A stretch of DNA of 64,000 bases from NCBI GenBank assembly GCA_965205485.1, contig OZ242180.1:4832001-4896000 (forward strand), given 5' to 3'. A program made the position numbers and the translations under genes. The notes under the pieces were generated by a model. That model was not told the origin of the DNA. It saw only the letters and a list, made by a program, of their open reading frames with translations, and did no database searches. Below, in pieces: positions 48,201-57,119 of the stretch. The first letter of the stretch is position 1. Each line of letters starts with the position of its first letter. The stretch is from Candidatus Latescibacterota bacterium. GTDB taxonomy: Bacteria > Latescibacterota > UBA2968 > GCA-2709665.

Positions 48201-49774
48201 AAGACGTCGTCTACGATTATGCCGTTACCCACTTCCGGGAATCCGCGATAACGGCCCCTCGAAGCTGGTACTATACGCGGGAGAAGAAGATTATCCCGGT
48301 CGAGTCCGAAGACAGCTCAACTCACGTACTCGGCGTTCTGGGAATGACGCCTGAGGAGGCGGACGTGACCGGCATCCACAAGACACTGAAAGTCGGCAGG
48401 TGGTTCCGTCCGGGAGAATCCGCGTGCATACTGCCGGAAAAGATAGCGGATCTACTCGGCGTGGACCCGGGCCGCCTTGAAGCGTCACGCGTCCGGGTGT
48501 TCGGCGAGTCGCTGCCGGTGATCGGCCTGATCGACGCCGGGGCGTTCAGCGAACTCAAGGACCTCGATGAGGAACCCCTCAGTCCCGCCGACTTCAAGCT
48601 TACCGATGAGGAAGCCATCGAACAGATGACCACCCAGGAAACGCGGGAGAAACAGGGCCTGGAACAACCTGAAGTCGAAATCATGCCCTTCGAGCACATC
48701 AACCCCGACGACGTCCTGATCGTCCCGTACGCGTTCCTGCGCCAGGTGGGCAGCCCGCTCCAGTCGGTCGCCCTCCGGTTCGACGCCGGATCAGACGTGG
48801 AGAGCAATGTCAAGGAGCTTCTGTCCAGGCTCTCGGTTGTACTGTTCGCGGGTCTTCCGGACGCGGACGGTCGCGTCAACGTCTCGATTTTCAGTTCGCT
48901 GGGCGACACGTCGAGACGCGGGATGAGCGATCTCTTTATTCCCATCCTCATCGCCTCGCTCATCGTGCTGAATACCATGATGGGTTCCGTGTACGAACGG
49001 TTTCGGGAAATCGGCGTCTATTCCGCGGTGGGCCTGGCGCCGGTCCACGTCGCTTTCCTGTTTATCGCGGAAGCCTGCGTCTACGCCGTCCTCGGCACGG
49101 TGAGCGGCTACATGCTGGGCCAGGCCGCTGCCAAGCTGCTTCTCTGGCAGGGCTGGCTCTCGGGCGTCACGGTCAACTATTCCGCCCAGTCGGCCGTTGT
49201 TTCGTCCGCCCTGGTCATGGCCGTCGTCATCCTGTCAACCCTCTATCCTGCCAGGCAGGCATCCCGGATGGCCGTCCCGGACGTGTCCCGCCGCTGGAAG
49301 ATCCCCGAGCCGGAAGGCGACGACTGGCGTTTCGAATTCCCGTTTACGGTTGGCGGAAACGATGTATTCGGGCTCTGCGTGTTCCTGACGGACTACTTTG
49401 ACTCCCACAGCGGCGAAGCGATGGGGGCGTTCTACACGGACGGCGCCCATCTGTACGCGAAGGGCGGCGCCGGTGAGAGCGGATACGCAATCCGCACGAC
49501 CCTGTGGCTGGCGCCCTTCGATCTGGGCGTAAGCGAGGAGCTTCGCTTCGAGGCGGAACCCACCGGCCAATTCGATATCTATACCCTCACGCTCACCCTC
49601 AGGCGACGCTCGGGCGAAGTCGCGTCATGGCGGCGTGTCAACCAGGGTTTCATGAATACCCTCCGCAAGCAGTTTCTCATCTGGAGAACCGTGGACCCCG
49701 CCGAAAAAGCCGCATACCGGGAAAAAGGCATGCGGATGCTCGTCTCGGACGAACCGGAGGCGAAACCGGCCTGA
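45239..49774 (+). CDS. FtsX/MacB-type ABC permease fused to a degenerate M28-peptidase-like ectodomain (1511 aa)
   Basis: SRVPGYPG, NAYYD...PGAE.ASG..ALLEL M28-like region; LGIANMKRRKLRTALT and SVYERFREIGVYSAVG MacB/FtsX motifs. Confidence 0.8.
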   Translation: MKTRTRIGLALALLFAVGAFAGLAVGPERVNPYLAAILGLHAPVAPPAPSVPEANATSVRVLDTVSDAGVRSHVARFTEHRSRVPGYPGHAAAAEYIRRSFESAGLRDVRTEPFDVTSPVDKGGSVSLLRDNVTFPIHAIWPNLVKTSTLPREGVRTRLIYGATGEFADFNGHALEGAAVLMEFNTRNNWLNAATLGAGQIIFIEPDSTFYTEAEQKFLQVPNSVERFWIDKASGQALKSMLEQRGEIEIELHARMEWEKQTAHNIMGFLPGSDPILKEQIVVINAYYDAMSVVPALAPGAEMASGAVALLELVNYFKRYPPRRTVLFLATSAHHLGFRGICDFLGRHARKERHFAALMTDPIDIRLFIGLDLSSQTAQIGVWNSTRNFYYNRFFTPFGKKFVRISQAIAPAFGLDPDQALLDGINPTGGMTWDMFIPGANLKTDGEVVLEAGTLALSLVTLNDARFRVDTPLDRPEGVNFGNLAKQVRLITGVLDIALNDPTLIPDYRLNPDDRMRGLKGFVRTFPRRSIVPDRPKAGAIAALRMGIDKSVKGVRRIYYDLADENGEFYMPGIAERRVSVSAYFQDPETGEITYAPNYGQQARIYRGDFDMDWWISKRNIILFPCIATDFYDTVDPRFLTKLSQISVYGSGNVTPQEYGYAIGFGPTEPVGTLFTRPGERIKVAMRAGGVAAGSGDIGIRFLLLNATSAESEEIARGTGYPTLTHGSFARTSFLAARDMWTLNEARKQEMQKYAIENQRLNMLHGQARLHLDMAEAAMSQSRWDVFMKHTRAALGIESRAYPDVKDTQNDVVRGVVFFMALVIPCAFFAERLIFTAVDIRRQIAGFIGIFVLIWVFLSNVHPAFEISNPLVVLLAFVILALAVFVISLVFNRFNETMRRLRVPEVRLHETDVGRISASLAAFQLGIANMKRRKLRTALTFTTLLLLTFTVLSFTSITTALEFRRIPLGTEGPYPGMLIRSKFWGPLEDVVYDYAVTHFRESAITAPRSWYYTREKKIIPVESEDSSTHVLGVLGMTPEEADVTGIHKTLKVGRWFRPGESACILPEKIADLLGVDPGRLEASRVRVFGESLPVIGLIDAGAFSELKDLDEEPLSPADFKLTDEEAIEQMTTQETREKQGLEQPEVEIMPFEHINPDDVLIVPYAFLRQVGSPLQSVALRFDAGSDVESNVKELLSRLSVVLFAGLPDADGRVNVSIFSSLGDTSRRGMSDLFIPILIASLIVLNTMMGSVYERFREIGVYSAVGLAPVHVAFLFIAEACVYAVLGTVSGYMLGQAAAKLLLWQGWLSGVTVNYSAQSAVVSSALVMAVVILSTLYPARQASRMAVPDVSRRWKIPEPEGDDWRFEFPFTVGGNDVFGLCVFLTDYFDSHSGEAMGAFYTDGAHLYAKGGAGESGYAIRTTLWLAPFDLGVSEELRFEAEPTGQFDIYTLTLTLRRRSGEVASWRRVNQGFMNTLRKQFLIWRTVDPAEKAAYREKGMRMLVSDEPEAKPA

Positions 49775-49898
49775 GAAACGTCGCGATGCCGATGAACAGT
49801 CACGTTCTCCCGTTATTGCAGTCCGGAAATAGGCTTTGCAAAACGCTGCTTTGTTTGTATTTTTCAGGCCCTTAACCCCTACCACGCGTTGACGCTCT

Positions 49899-52319
49899 AT
49901 GGCCTTTCTCGATCGCATTCGCAGGCGGAAATCCAATCCGTACCAGGAAATCGAAGAGTACCGGGATCTGCTTGATGTCCCCAAGGAGTTCGAAGAGGGC
50001 TTCAACTCCAAGACGATCCTCGGCGCACTCTTCGTTTCCGTCATCATGGTTCCGGGCAACATCTACCTGGAACTCATGGTGGGACATTCCGTCGGCGCCG
50101 CCGCCCAGTGGGTGACCATCATCCTGTTTCTGGAACTGGCCAAGCGCTCGTTCACCGTGTTGAAGAAGCAGGAACTCTACCTGCTCTACTATGTCACCAG
50201 CGCCCTGGTCGCCCGCGAAACCGGAATGTTCGAAGGCCTGCTCTGGCAGCAATACTACGTTCAGTCTCCCGCAGCAAAGCAGTTCGGCATCTCCCACCTC
50301 ATCCCCCGATGGTGGGCGCCCCCGCCCGATTCTCCCGCGCTGATCGACCGGACTTTTCTGCATCAGGACTGGCTTCTGCCCATCTCCCTGCTTGTCCTTG
50401 GGATGATCATGGGGCGCATCCAGTGGTTTACCGCGAGCTACGTGCTCTTCCGGATCACCTCCGACTACGAGCGCCTGCCGTTTCCGTTCGCGCCGATCAA
50501 CGCCCAGGGCGCCATGGCGCTCGCGGAAGAAAGCAGCGGCCAGTACAGCTGGCGATGGCGGGTCTTCAGCATCGGCGCCGTGATCGGCGTGGTATTCGGC
50601 TCCGTCTACGTGGCGGTGCCCGCCATTACCGGCGCGTTTATGGAGAGCCCGCTTCAGCTCATCCCCATCCCATGGGTGGATTTCACCCAATACACGGGAT
50701 ATTTCCTGCCGGCCACGCCGCTGGGTTTCACGCTGCACCTGGCCCCCATCTTTGCCGGGCTGCTGGCGCCCTTCTGGGCCGTCATGGGCGCATTCATCGG
50801 CGTCGCCATCCACACCGCGGCGGGCCCCATCCTGTATTCCTACGGGTACATGCCCAACTGGTATATGGGCATGGATACGATCATGACCCACTTCGTCACG
50901 GGCATCGATTTCTGGATGAGCTTCGGGATCGGCATCACCTTCGCCATCGCGATTATTGGATTCTACCAGGTCTGGACCGGCGTCCGAACCGCGCGTGTCG
51001 AGAAAAAGGAAAAGGGCAGCTGGACGCCGCCGCCCGGCCGGGGAGACTTCCGGATCTGGATCTGCATCGTGCTCTTCTGTCTTGCGAGCCTCTATACCAT
51101 AATCCTCGCCAAGGTCCTCTTCCCTGACCTCGTGAGCACCGTGCTGCTCATGTTCTTCTTCGTCTTCGCGTTCGTCTATACGCCGCTGATCTCCTTCGTC
51201 AACGCCCGGCTGGACGGGCTGGTCGGACAGAACGTCAATATCCCCTATATCAGGGAAGCCACGATCTTTCTGAGCGGGTTCAGGGGTATCGAAATCTGGT
51301 TTGTGCCCTTCCCCCTGGCCAACTGGGGCGCACAGGCCGAAACGTTCCGTCAGATCGAACTCACGGGCTCGAAATTCACCGGTATCCTGAAGGCTGAGGT
51401 CTTCATGATCCCGCTGATCCTTCTGACCAGTTTCATGTACTGGTCCTATATCTGGAAGCTGGCGCCCATTCCCTCGTCCTCCTACCCCTACGTCCAGATG
51501 ATGTGGCCGCTGCGGGCGCTCCAGAGCAGCGTCTGGTACACCGGCACCATGCAGGGCGAGGTGGAGCACGACCCGTCCTCCGGAGCGGTATCCTTCCAGC
51601 CGAGCAATCTGCCCGACGGCAACTGGTGGTACTGGCGTGCCCGCGCCTCGGCCGACGCGCACATCGATGACCACGAACAACGCACTTACGGACCGTGGTC
51701 CCGCGTTGGGTATTTCTATACGAACTTCAAGAGTACCGAAAAGCCGCTCGTACCGTCGCTTCCGGTGGACCGGTCGGCGCCGGACATTTCCGAAGCGTTG
51801 CGGCTGGGCCTGCCTTCGGCGCCGGCGTTGCGGAGTCCCGATGACGGAAGCCACGCGGACAACCCAAACCCCAACCTGGTCGTGCTCGCCGCGCGGGACC
51901 CGGAAGGCCGGGAGCTCGTGTATCAGTTCGAAGTGGACCAGGTGCCCTCCTTCGACGGTTCCTTTCTGCAGAGTTCGGACGACGAGCCGATCCTGTTCGA
52001 AGCCATCAAGCCGGTTGTGATCGCCATCGGACTCGCCGTCGGCCTGGTCTCGTTCGTGGTTCTGTCCGTCCTGGGCCTGCCGGTCCTGCTCATCTTCGGA
52101 TACATACGGAGTCTGACGAGCATTCCCCACGTGATGATCACCGAGATCATCGGTGCGCTCCTCGCGCGGTACTATTTCTGGAAGCGCTTCGGCAGACAGC
52201 AATGGCGCCTCTACGCGGCGGTGTTGTACGTCGGATTCTCGGTGGGCATGTCCCTGGTGGGCATGGCCTCCGTCTCCATTGCAATGATACAAAAGGCCGT
52301 CTCGGTACTGTTGTTCTGA
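49899..52319 (+). CDS. OPT-like peptide transporter with inserted soluble beta-domain
   Basis: Many TM segments; FEEGF, SDYERLPFPFAP, PIPS..YPY; about 140-aa polar insert near the C-terminus. Confidence 0.7.
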   Translation: MAFLDRIRRRKSNPYQEIEEYRDLLDVPKEFEEGFNSKTILGALFVSVIMVPGNIYLELMVGHSVGAAAQWVTIILFLELAKRSFTVLKKQELYLLYYVTSALVARETGMFEGLLWQQYYVQSPAAKQFGISHLIPRWWAPPPDSPALIDRTFLHQDWLLPISLLVLGMIMGRIQWFTASYVLFRITSDYERLPFPFAPINAQGAMALAEESSGQYSWRWRVFSIGAVIGVVFGSVYVAVPAITGAFMESPLQLIPIPWVDFTQYTGYFLPATPLGFTLHLAPIFAGLLAPFWAVMGAFIGVAIHTAAGPILYSYGYMPNWYMGMDTIMTHFVTGIDFWMSFGIGITFAIAIIGFYQVWTGVRTARVEKKEKGSWTPPPGRGDFRIWICIVLFCLASLYTIILAKVLFPDLVSTVLLMFFFVFAFVYTPLISFVNARLDGLVGQNVNIPYIREATIFLSGFRGIEIWFVPFPLANWGAQAETFRQIELTGSKFTGILKAEVFMIPLILLTSFMYWSYIWKLAPIPSSSYPYVQMMWPLRALQSSVWYTGTMQGEVEHDPSSGAVSFQPSNLPDGNWWYWRARASADAHIDDHEQRTYGPWSRVGYFYTNFKSTEKPLVPSLPVDRSAPDISEALRLGLPSAPALRSPDDGSHADNPNPNLVVLAARDPEGRELVYQFEVDQVPSFDGSFLQSSDDEPILFEAIKPVVIAIGLAVGLVSFVVLSVLGLPVLLIFGYIRSLTSIPHVMITEIIGALLARYYFWKRFGRQQWRLYAAVLYVGFSVGMSLVGMASVSIAMIQKAVSVLLF

Positions 52320-52406
52320 GCATTGGCTTTGGTTCCGCCCGCATCTATTATGTCGGGTTGAATTGTCGCATCCGGACCGTTCGATCAAACACACCAGGAC
52401 GGCAGC

Positions 52407-52964
52407 ATGTCAGGCGCGATCGGCATGATCGAAGTCGAAGGCGTTGCCGGGATTATTCTCGCGTCGGACGCTGCTTGCAAGGCCGCCGGAGTGGACCTCC
52501 TGGGCTGGGAGTCCATCGGCGGATTCACCACAGTCTTTCTCGGCGGATCCATCAGCAGGGTGGCAACCGCGCTCAAGAGCGGCGAACAAGCAGCCAGAGA
52601 GGTGGCGGGGCACGTGGTGGCGGCGCCGATGACACACCCGGAACCCGCCTGCCGGGATTACGTTTCGAATGAAATCGCCACGGAGCGGCGCACGCCGACC
52701 GGCGCGCTGGGTCTGATCGAGACGAGAGGATACGGCGCGCACGTCACCGCCAACGACAATATGGTGAAGGCGGCCGACGTCCGGGTCTTCAACGTGCTCA
52801 CCGTACACAACCGGGTGGTCTGCTCCCTTATACTTGGGGACGTGGCTTCCTTGACCGAGGCCCTGCCCGCGGGTCGCGCGAGCGTCGAGACAGGAGAGAA
52901 TTTCCTCGGCGCCGCCCTCATCCCCAAGCCCCTGCCCGACGTCCTGCGGGCATTCGGCCCCTGA
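52407..52964 (+). CDS. Bacterial microcompartment shell protein, two tandem BMC domains
   Basis: AIGMIE...DAACKAAGV and ALGLIETRG...DNMVKAADV, GDVAS, IPKP. Confidence 0.9.
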   Translation: MSGAIGMIEVEGVAGIILASDAACKAAGVDLLGWESIGGFTTVFLGGSISRVATALKSGEQAAREVAGHVVAAPMTHPEPACRDYVSNEIATERRTPTGALGLIETRGYGAHVTANDNMVKAADVRVFNVLTVHNRVVCSLILGDVASLTEALPAGRASVETGENFLGAALIPKPLPDVLRAFGP

Positions 52965-52972
52965 GCGCCGTC

Positions 52973-54133
52973 GTGTCCGCACGAAATCATGCCCTGGGGA
53001 TTCTGGAGACCCGCGGCATGACCGCGCTTGTCGCGGCCCTGGACGCCATGCTGAAAACCGTGGACGTCAGGGTCCTGGGGCGTCACGGCGTTGGATCCGG
53101 CTGGCTGACCGTCGTGATCGAAGGCGTCGTTTCGGACGTGGAGGCCGCCATTCGGATCGGGCGATCCGAGGCCGAGAACCACGGCGAGTTGATCAGCGCC
53201 GACGTGATCGCCGGCCCGGCCCCGGGCGCCCTCGCGTCGATGCCGCACATGGCGGGCGCGGGCACGTCGAAACCGGTCGGCTCGCAGGCGATGGGCATCC
53301 TCGAAACACGCGGAATGGTACCCCTCATCCGCGGCGCCGACGCCATGATCAAGAGCGCGCCCGTCCACGTCGCCGGCTGGACTTCCATTGGCGGCGCGCT
53401 GGTTCATCTCGTGGTCCGGGGCGATATATCCTCGGTCCAGACTGCCCTTCAGACCGGTAAAGCGTGTGCGGATGAAGTCGGGGAAGTCTACGCGACCCTG
53501 GCGATTCCCAGCCCTGAAGCGGGTATCGCCCCATTGCTTCCGGATCCGCCGATTTCAAACGGGCGCAAGGAAGACGCCGGGGCGCTCGGTATTCTTGAAA
53601 CAACGGGTTACGTGTCCGCGGTCGGCGGATCGGACGCGATGGTCAAAGCGGCCGACGTCGACCTTGTGCGCCTCGTCATCGCCAGCGGAGGCCGGGTGGA
53701 CGCGCTGGTGAAAGGCGAACTCGACGCGGTCCAGGCGGCCGTGGAAGCCGGTATCGATGGCGCGCGGGAGGCCGGGGAACTGAATGCCTCCTGTGTCGTT
53801 TCCCGCCCGTCTTCCGACATCATGGCCTGCTTCGGCGGGAACACCGTCAGGAATACGTCAGGCTTGCATCAGGCGATGGGACTGATCGAAACGCGCAGCA
53901 CCGTGGCCCTGGTCAAAGCCGTGGATCAGATGTTGAAGTCCGCGGACGTGGAATACGAGGGCCGGTACAAAGTGGGGTACTTTCTCACGGCAAGCGTCGT
54001 CCGGGGAGACGTCGGCGCGGTACGTGCCGCCCTGAATGTCGGCGCCGGGGAAGCGGAGAGGTACGGCGAACTGGTGTCTGCACACCTTATACCCCATCCC
54101 TATCCGGCGCTGGAAGAACGGCTGATCCACTGA
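52973..54133 (+). CDS. Bacterial microcompartment shell protein with four tandem BMC domains
   Basis: Four A(L/M)G(I/L)(L/I)ET...D.M.K repeats starting at aa 7, 106, 204 and 301. Confidence 0.93.
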   Translation: MSARNHALGILETRGMTALVAALDAMLKTVDVRVLGRHGVGSGWLTVVIEGVVSDVEAAIRIGRSEAENHGELISADVIAGPAPGALASMPHMAGAGTSKPVGSQAMGILETRGMVPLIRGADAMIKSAPVHVAGWTSIGGALVHLVVRGDISSVQTALQTGKACADEVGEVYATLAIPSPEAGIAPLLPDPPISNGRKEDAGALGILETTGYVSAVGGSDAMVKAADVDLVRLVIASGGRVDALVKGELDAVQAAVEAGIDGAREAGELNASCVVSRPSSDIMACFGGNTVRNTSGLHQAMGLIETRSTVALVKAVDQMLKSADVEYEGRYKVGYFLTASVVRGDVGAVRAALNVGAGEAERYGELVSAHLIPHPYPALEERLIH

Positions 54134-54161
54134 TCGATCGCTGAATACCCGGGAATGATCG

Positions 54162-55331
54162 ATGATCCGTATTGACGATGCGGTTGTTACCGAACAATTG
54201 CTCAAGGACAGACTGGGCGCTGAGCGGGAAGTCGAAATCTGCCCGCGGGCGAAGCTGACGCCGCTGGCGCTGGACTATCTGGCGGCCAACCGGGTCCAGG
54301 TATCCAGAAGAGAGGCGGCGGCCGCCGGTCCGCGGACTTCAGCGCCGGCCGCCCGTCGGAAATCCGGCGAACGGAAAGAATTCAAGGGCATCTTCTGCCC
54401 CAATATCGTCATTTTCGACAGCAATGACCGGATCAACTACGCGGAAATGGAGCGATATGTCAACTGGCTCATCGAAGCCGGCATCCACGGGTTGTATCCC
54501 AATGGCAGCACGGGCGAATTCGTGCGTCTTTCCAGCGACGAGCGCAAGGAGGTCGTGCGCCTGGTCACGAACGTCAACCGTGGGCGCGTGCCCGTTCTGG
54601 CCGGCGCGAGCGAAGCCAACCTCCGCGACGTGCTCAGAATGAGCGAATACTACGCCGGCATCGACGTCGACGCCATTTCTCTCGTACCCCCGTACTATTA
54701 CGAGATCTCGGACACCAGCCTCTTCGAGTACTTCGCTGAGATCGCGAGACAGACGCCTCTCGACGTCCTGTTATACAATATCCCCCAGTTCACGCAGGAA
54801 CTCACGCTGGACATCATGGAACAGTTGCTTCCCTTCGAGCGAATCATGGGTACCAAAGATTCCAGCCGGGATATGCCGCGGCTGATCAACACCATGCATC
54901 GGCTGCGGGCGCAGCGCCCAGACTACGTGGTCCTGGTCGGCTGCGAGGAAATCCTGTGTCCATCCATTATGATGGGCGCCAGCGGGGGCACGATCGCGAC
55001 CTCCGGCATCATTCCCGAGGTCATTGTGGATATCTATGAAAAGACGCTTGCCGGCGACCTCGAGCGTGCACGCGGCATGCAATGCCGCATCCTGGACCTC
55101 ATCAACCTGATGCTGCTGGGTGTGAACTTTCCGGAGGGATTCAAAACCGGTGTGGCCGTGCGCGGATTCGACGTCGGACCTCCGCGGCAGGCCATGAGCG
55201 ACGAGGAAAAGGAATATCTCCTCAAGCTTGAGTCCCAGATCAGCTGCATCCTCAAGGATATGGGTTACGACGTGAATGGTGCGCGGGCGTGTCCCGTAAC
55301 CGACCTGCCGCCAATTGTCGACCGTACCTGA
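54162..55331 (+). CDS. DapA/NanA-family class I aldolase with N-terminal extension
   Basis: NGSTGEF, LYNIP, GTKDSS; about 70-aa extra N-terminus containing LTPLALDYL. Confidence 0.88.
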   Translation: MIRIDDAVVTEQLLKDRLGAEREVEICPRAKLTPLALDYLAANRVQVSRREAAAAGPRTSAPAARRKSGERKEFKGIFCPNIVIFDSNDRINYAEMERYVNWLIEAGIHGLYPNGSTGEFVRLSSDERKEVVRLVTNVNRGRVPVLAGASEANLRDVLRMSEYYAGIDVDAISLVPPYYYEISDTSLFEYFAEIARQTPLDVLLYNIPQFTQELTLDIMEQLLPFERIMGTKDSSRDMPRLINTMHRLRAQRPDYVVLVGCEEILCPSIMMGASGGTIATSGIIPEVIVDIYEKTLAGDLERARGMQCRILDLINLMLLGVNFPEGFKTGVAVRGFDVGPPRQAMSDEEKEYLLKLESQISCILKDMGYDVNGARACPVTDLPPIVDRT

Positions 55332-55410
55332 CGCGACGGGTTGTTCCGCGGGGGCAATACCCGGAACCCGCCATGATTACATCAACTGAAGTCCTTAACG
55401 GAGAACCTCC

Positions 55411-56355
55411 ATGGCTGAAAACGCGCAGCGGCACAACCTCGTGGACCCGTTCAACCTGGATGCCGGCGACGGCTACGTCTGGCTGAAAGGCAACCTCCAC
55501 TCCCACACGACGAACTCCGACGGCAAGGCGTCGCCCCAGGAACGTCTGGACGGCTACGTGAGCCAGGGGTACGACTTCCTTTGTCTCTCGGACCACTACC
55601 GGATCACCCGGATCGATTCCGTGGATTGTCCGGACGACTTCGTGCTCATTCAGGGCGCCGAACTGCATCCGGACAATCCGTTCGGCGGACAGAAACACCA
55701 TTTTCTCTGCCTGAACATCCACGAGGACCTGGACTCGGAGAACATGCCGCCCCAGCACGTGATCGACGCGGTTCAGGAACAGGGGGGCAGCACGTGGCTT
55801 GCCCACCCGTACTGGAGTTCGGTCAACATCCTGAGGGACACCGTTCCGCTCACGGGATTTGCCGGCGTGGAGGTATTCAACACAACGTGCCGACGCGCGG
55901 GCAGAGGGGAATCCGGCGTTCATTGGGACGACTGGATGGACGTGGAGAACAGGCTGTATCCCGCCCTGGCCAACGACGACTCCCACGCCCTCGAATCGGA
56001 TCATCACGATACCTATGGGGGCTGGACGATGGTACGCGTGAAGGACCGGTCTCCAGGGGCCATTCTCGACGCGCTCGAACGGGGCGCGAGCTATTCGAGC
56101 ACCGGCGCCCAGATTCGGAACATCACCCTGCGAAGAAGCGACGAGGAGAAACGGCCGGTCGAGGCCGCCGTCGAATGCTCCGAGGCCAGGTGTATCCTGG
56201 CCGTTTGCGATACGTTCGGAACCGAATACAGGAATTCCGGCAAATCCTTTACGAGCGCCACGTTCAACCTGCGGCCGGGCGCACGCTGGGTACGTTTCGA
56301 AGTGATCGGAACGGACGGCTCGAAAGCCTGGTCCAACCCGTTCGACCTCACCTGA
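55411..56355 (+). CDS. PHP-domain (CehA/McbA-like) metallohydrolase
   Basis: KGNLHSHT..SDG, SDH, AHPYW, EVFN, NDDSH, AWSNP. Confidence 0.85.
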   Translation: MAENAQRHNLVDPFNLDAGDGYVWLKGNLHSHTTNSDGKASPQERLDGYVSQGYDFLCLSDHYRITRIDSVDCPDDFVLIQGAELHPDNPFGGQKHHFLCLNIHEDLDSENMPPQHVIDAVQEQGGSTWLAHPYWSSVNILRDTVPLTGFAGVEVFNTTCRRAGRGESGVHWDDWMDVENRLYPALANDDSHALESDHHDTYGGWTMVRVKDRSPGAILDALERGASYSSTGAQIRNITLRRSDEEKRPVEAAVECSEARCILAVCDTFGTEYRNSGKSFTSATFNLRPGARWVRFEVIGTDGSKAWSNPFDLT

Positions 56356-56368
56356 GGCTGGCGTCGCG

Positions 56369-57106
56369 ATGGGACTCATCCTGACACCCGAACAGGTGGC
56401 AGCGTACCGCAAGGACGGTTACTTACTGGTACCGGATCTGCTGACGCCGCCTGAAATCGACGCCTTCCTGGAAGCGCAGGCGGAAACGGTGGCGCCGGAA
56501 ATCCTGGAACTCGGCCTGCGCAGGCACACCGCGGATCCGCAATGGCGTTACCTGGCGTCGCATCCCCGTGTCTCCGGAATCGCGTCTCTGCTGCTGCAGG
56601 GTCCGGCGATGATCGTCCAGACCATGTACATGGAAAAGGCGCCGCGCGGGGGCACGGGTATCGCGCTCCATCAGGACGCACACTATATCAGGAACGAACC
56701 CGGCACGCTCATGGCGTGCTGGCTTGCGTTGAGCGATACCGACAGCAGCAACGGCGGGCTCTGCGTCGCCGCCGGCAGCCACCTGGCCCCCCTCCGGAAT
56801 ACCCGTCCCCCTCGAGACAGCAGCGAACACGCCTCCTGGGTGAAAGATTACGCCATGCGAGGACCCGACGGCACGGAGTGGGCCGAAACCATGCACTCGC
56901 ACGAGGTCGCCGGCGTAAGCCGCGATGAACTCACCTTCCTTACGGTTCCGCGAGGATCGGGCGTCTTCTTTACCGGCAGAACCATCCACGGCTCTTTCGC
57001 GAACCGGTCCATGGGCAGGCCCCGGCTTGCATTCGCCATCCACTATGTGAGAGAGGGTACGTGGGTGTTTCGCCGGGACATCCAGGACCTCGCGCCGGCA
57101 AACTGA
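56369..57106 (+). CDS. PhyH-family dioxygenase
   Basis: YRKDGYL, LHQD, NGGL...GSH, IHGS..N. Confidence 0.88.
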   Translation: MGLILTPEQVAAYRKDGYLLVPDLLTPPEIDAFLEAQAETVAPEILELGLRRHTADPQWRYLASHPRVSGIASLLLQGPAMIVQTMYMEKAPRGGTGIALHQDAHYIRNEPGTLMACWLALSDTDSSNGGLCVAAGSHLAPLRNTRPPRDSSEHASWVKDYAMRGPDGTEWAETMHSHEVAGVSRDELTFLTVPRGSGVFFTGRTIHGSFANRSMGRPRLAFAIHYVREGTWVFRRDIQDLAPAN

Positions 57107-57119
57107 AGGGACCTCCACC

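Noticed and set aside
54162..55331. Calling the aldolase dapA because dapF is nearby
   Set aside because: It lacks the DHDPS-specific Arg after YNxP, has extra terminal modules and is coupled to shell genes
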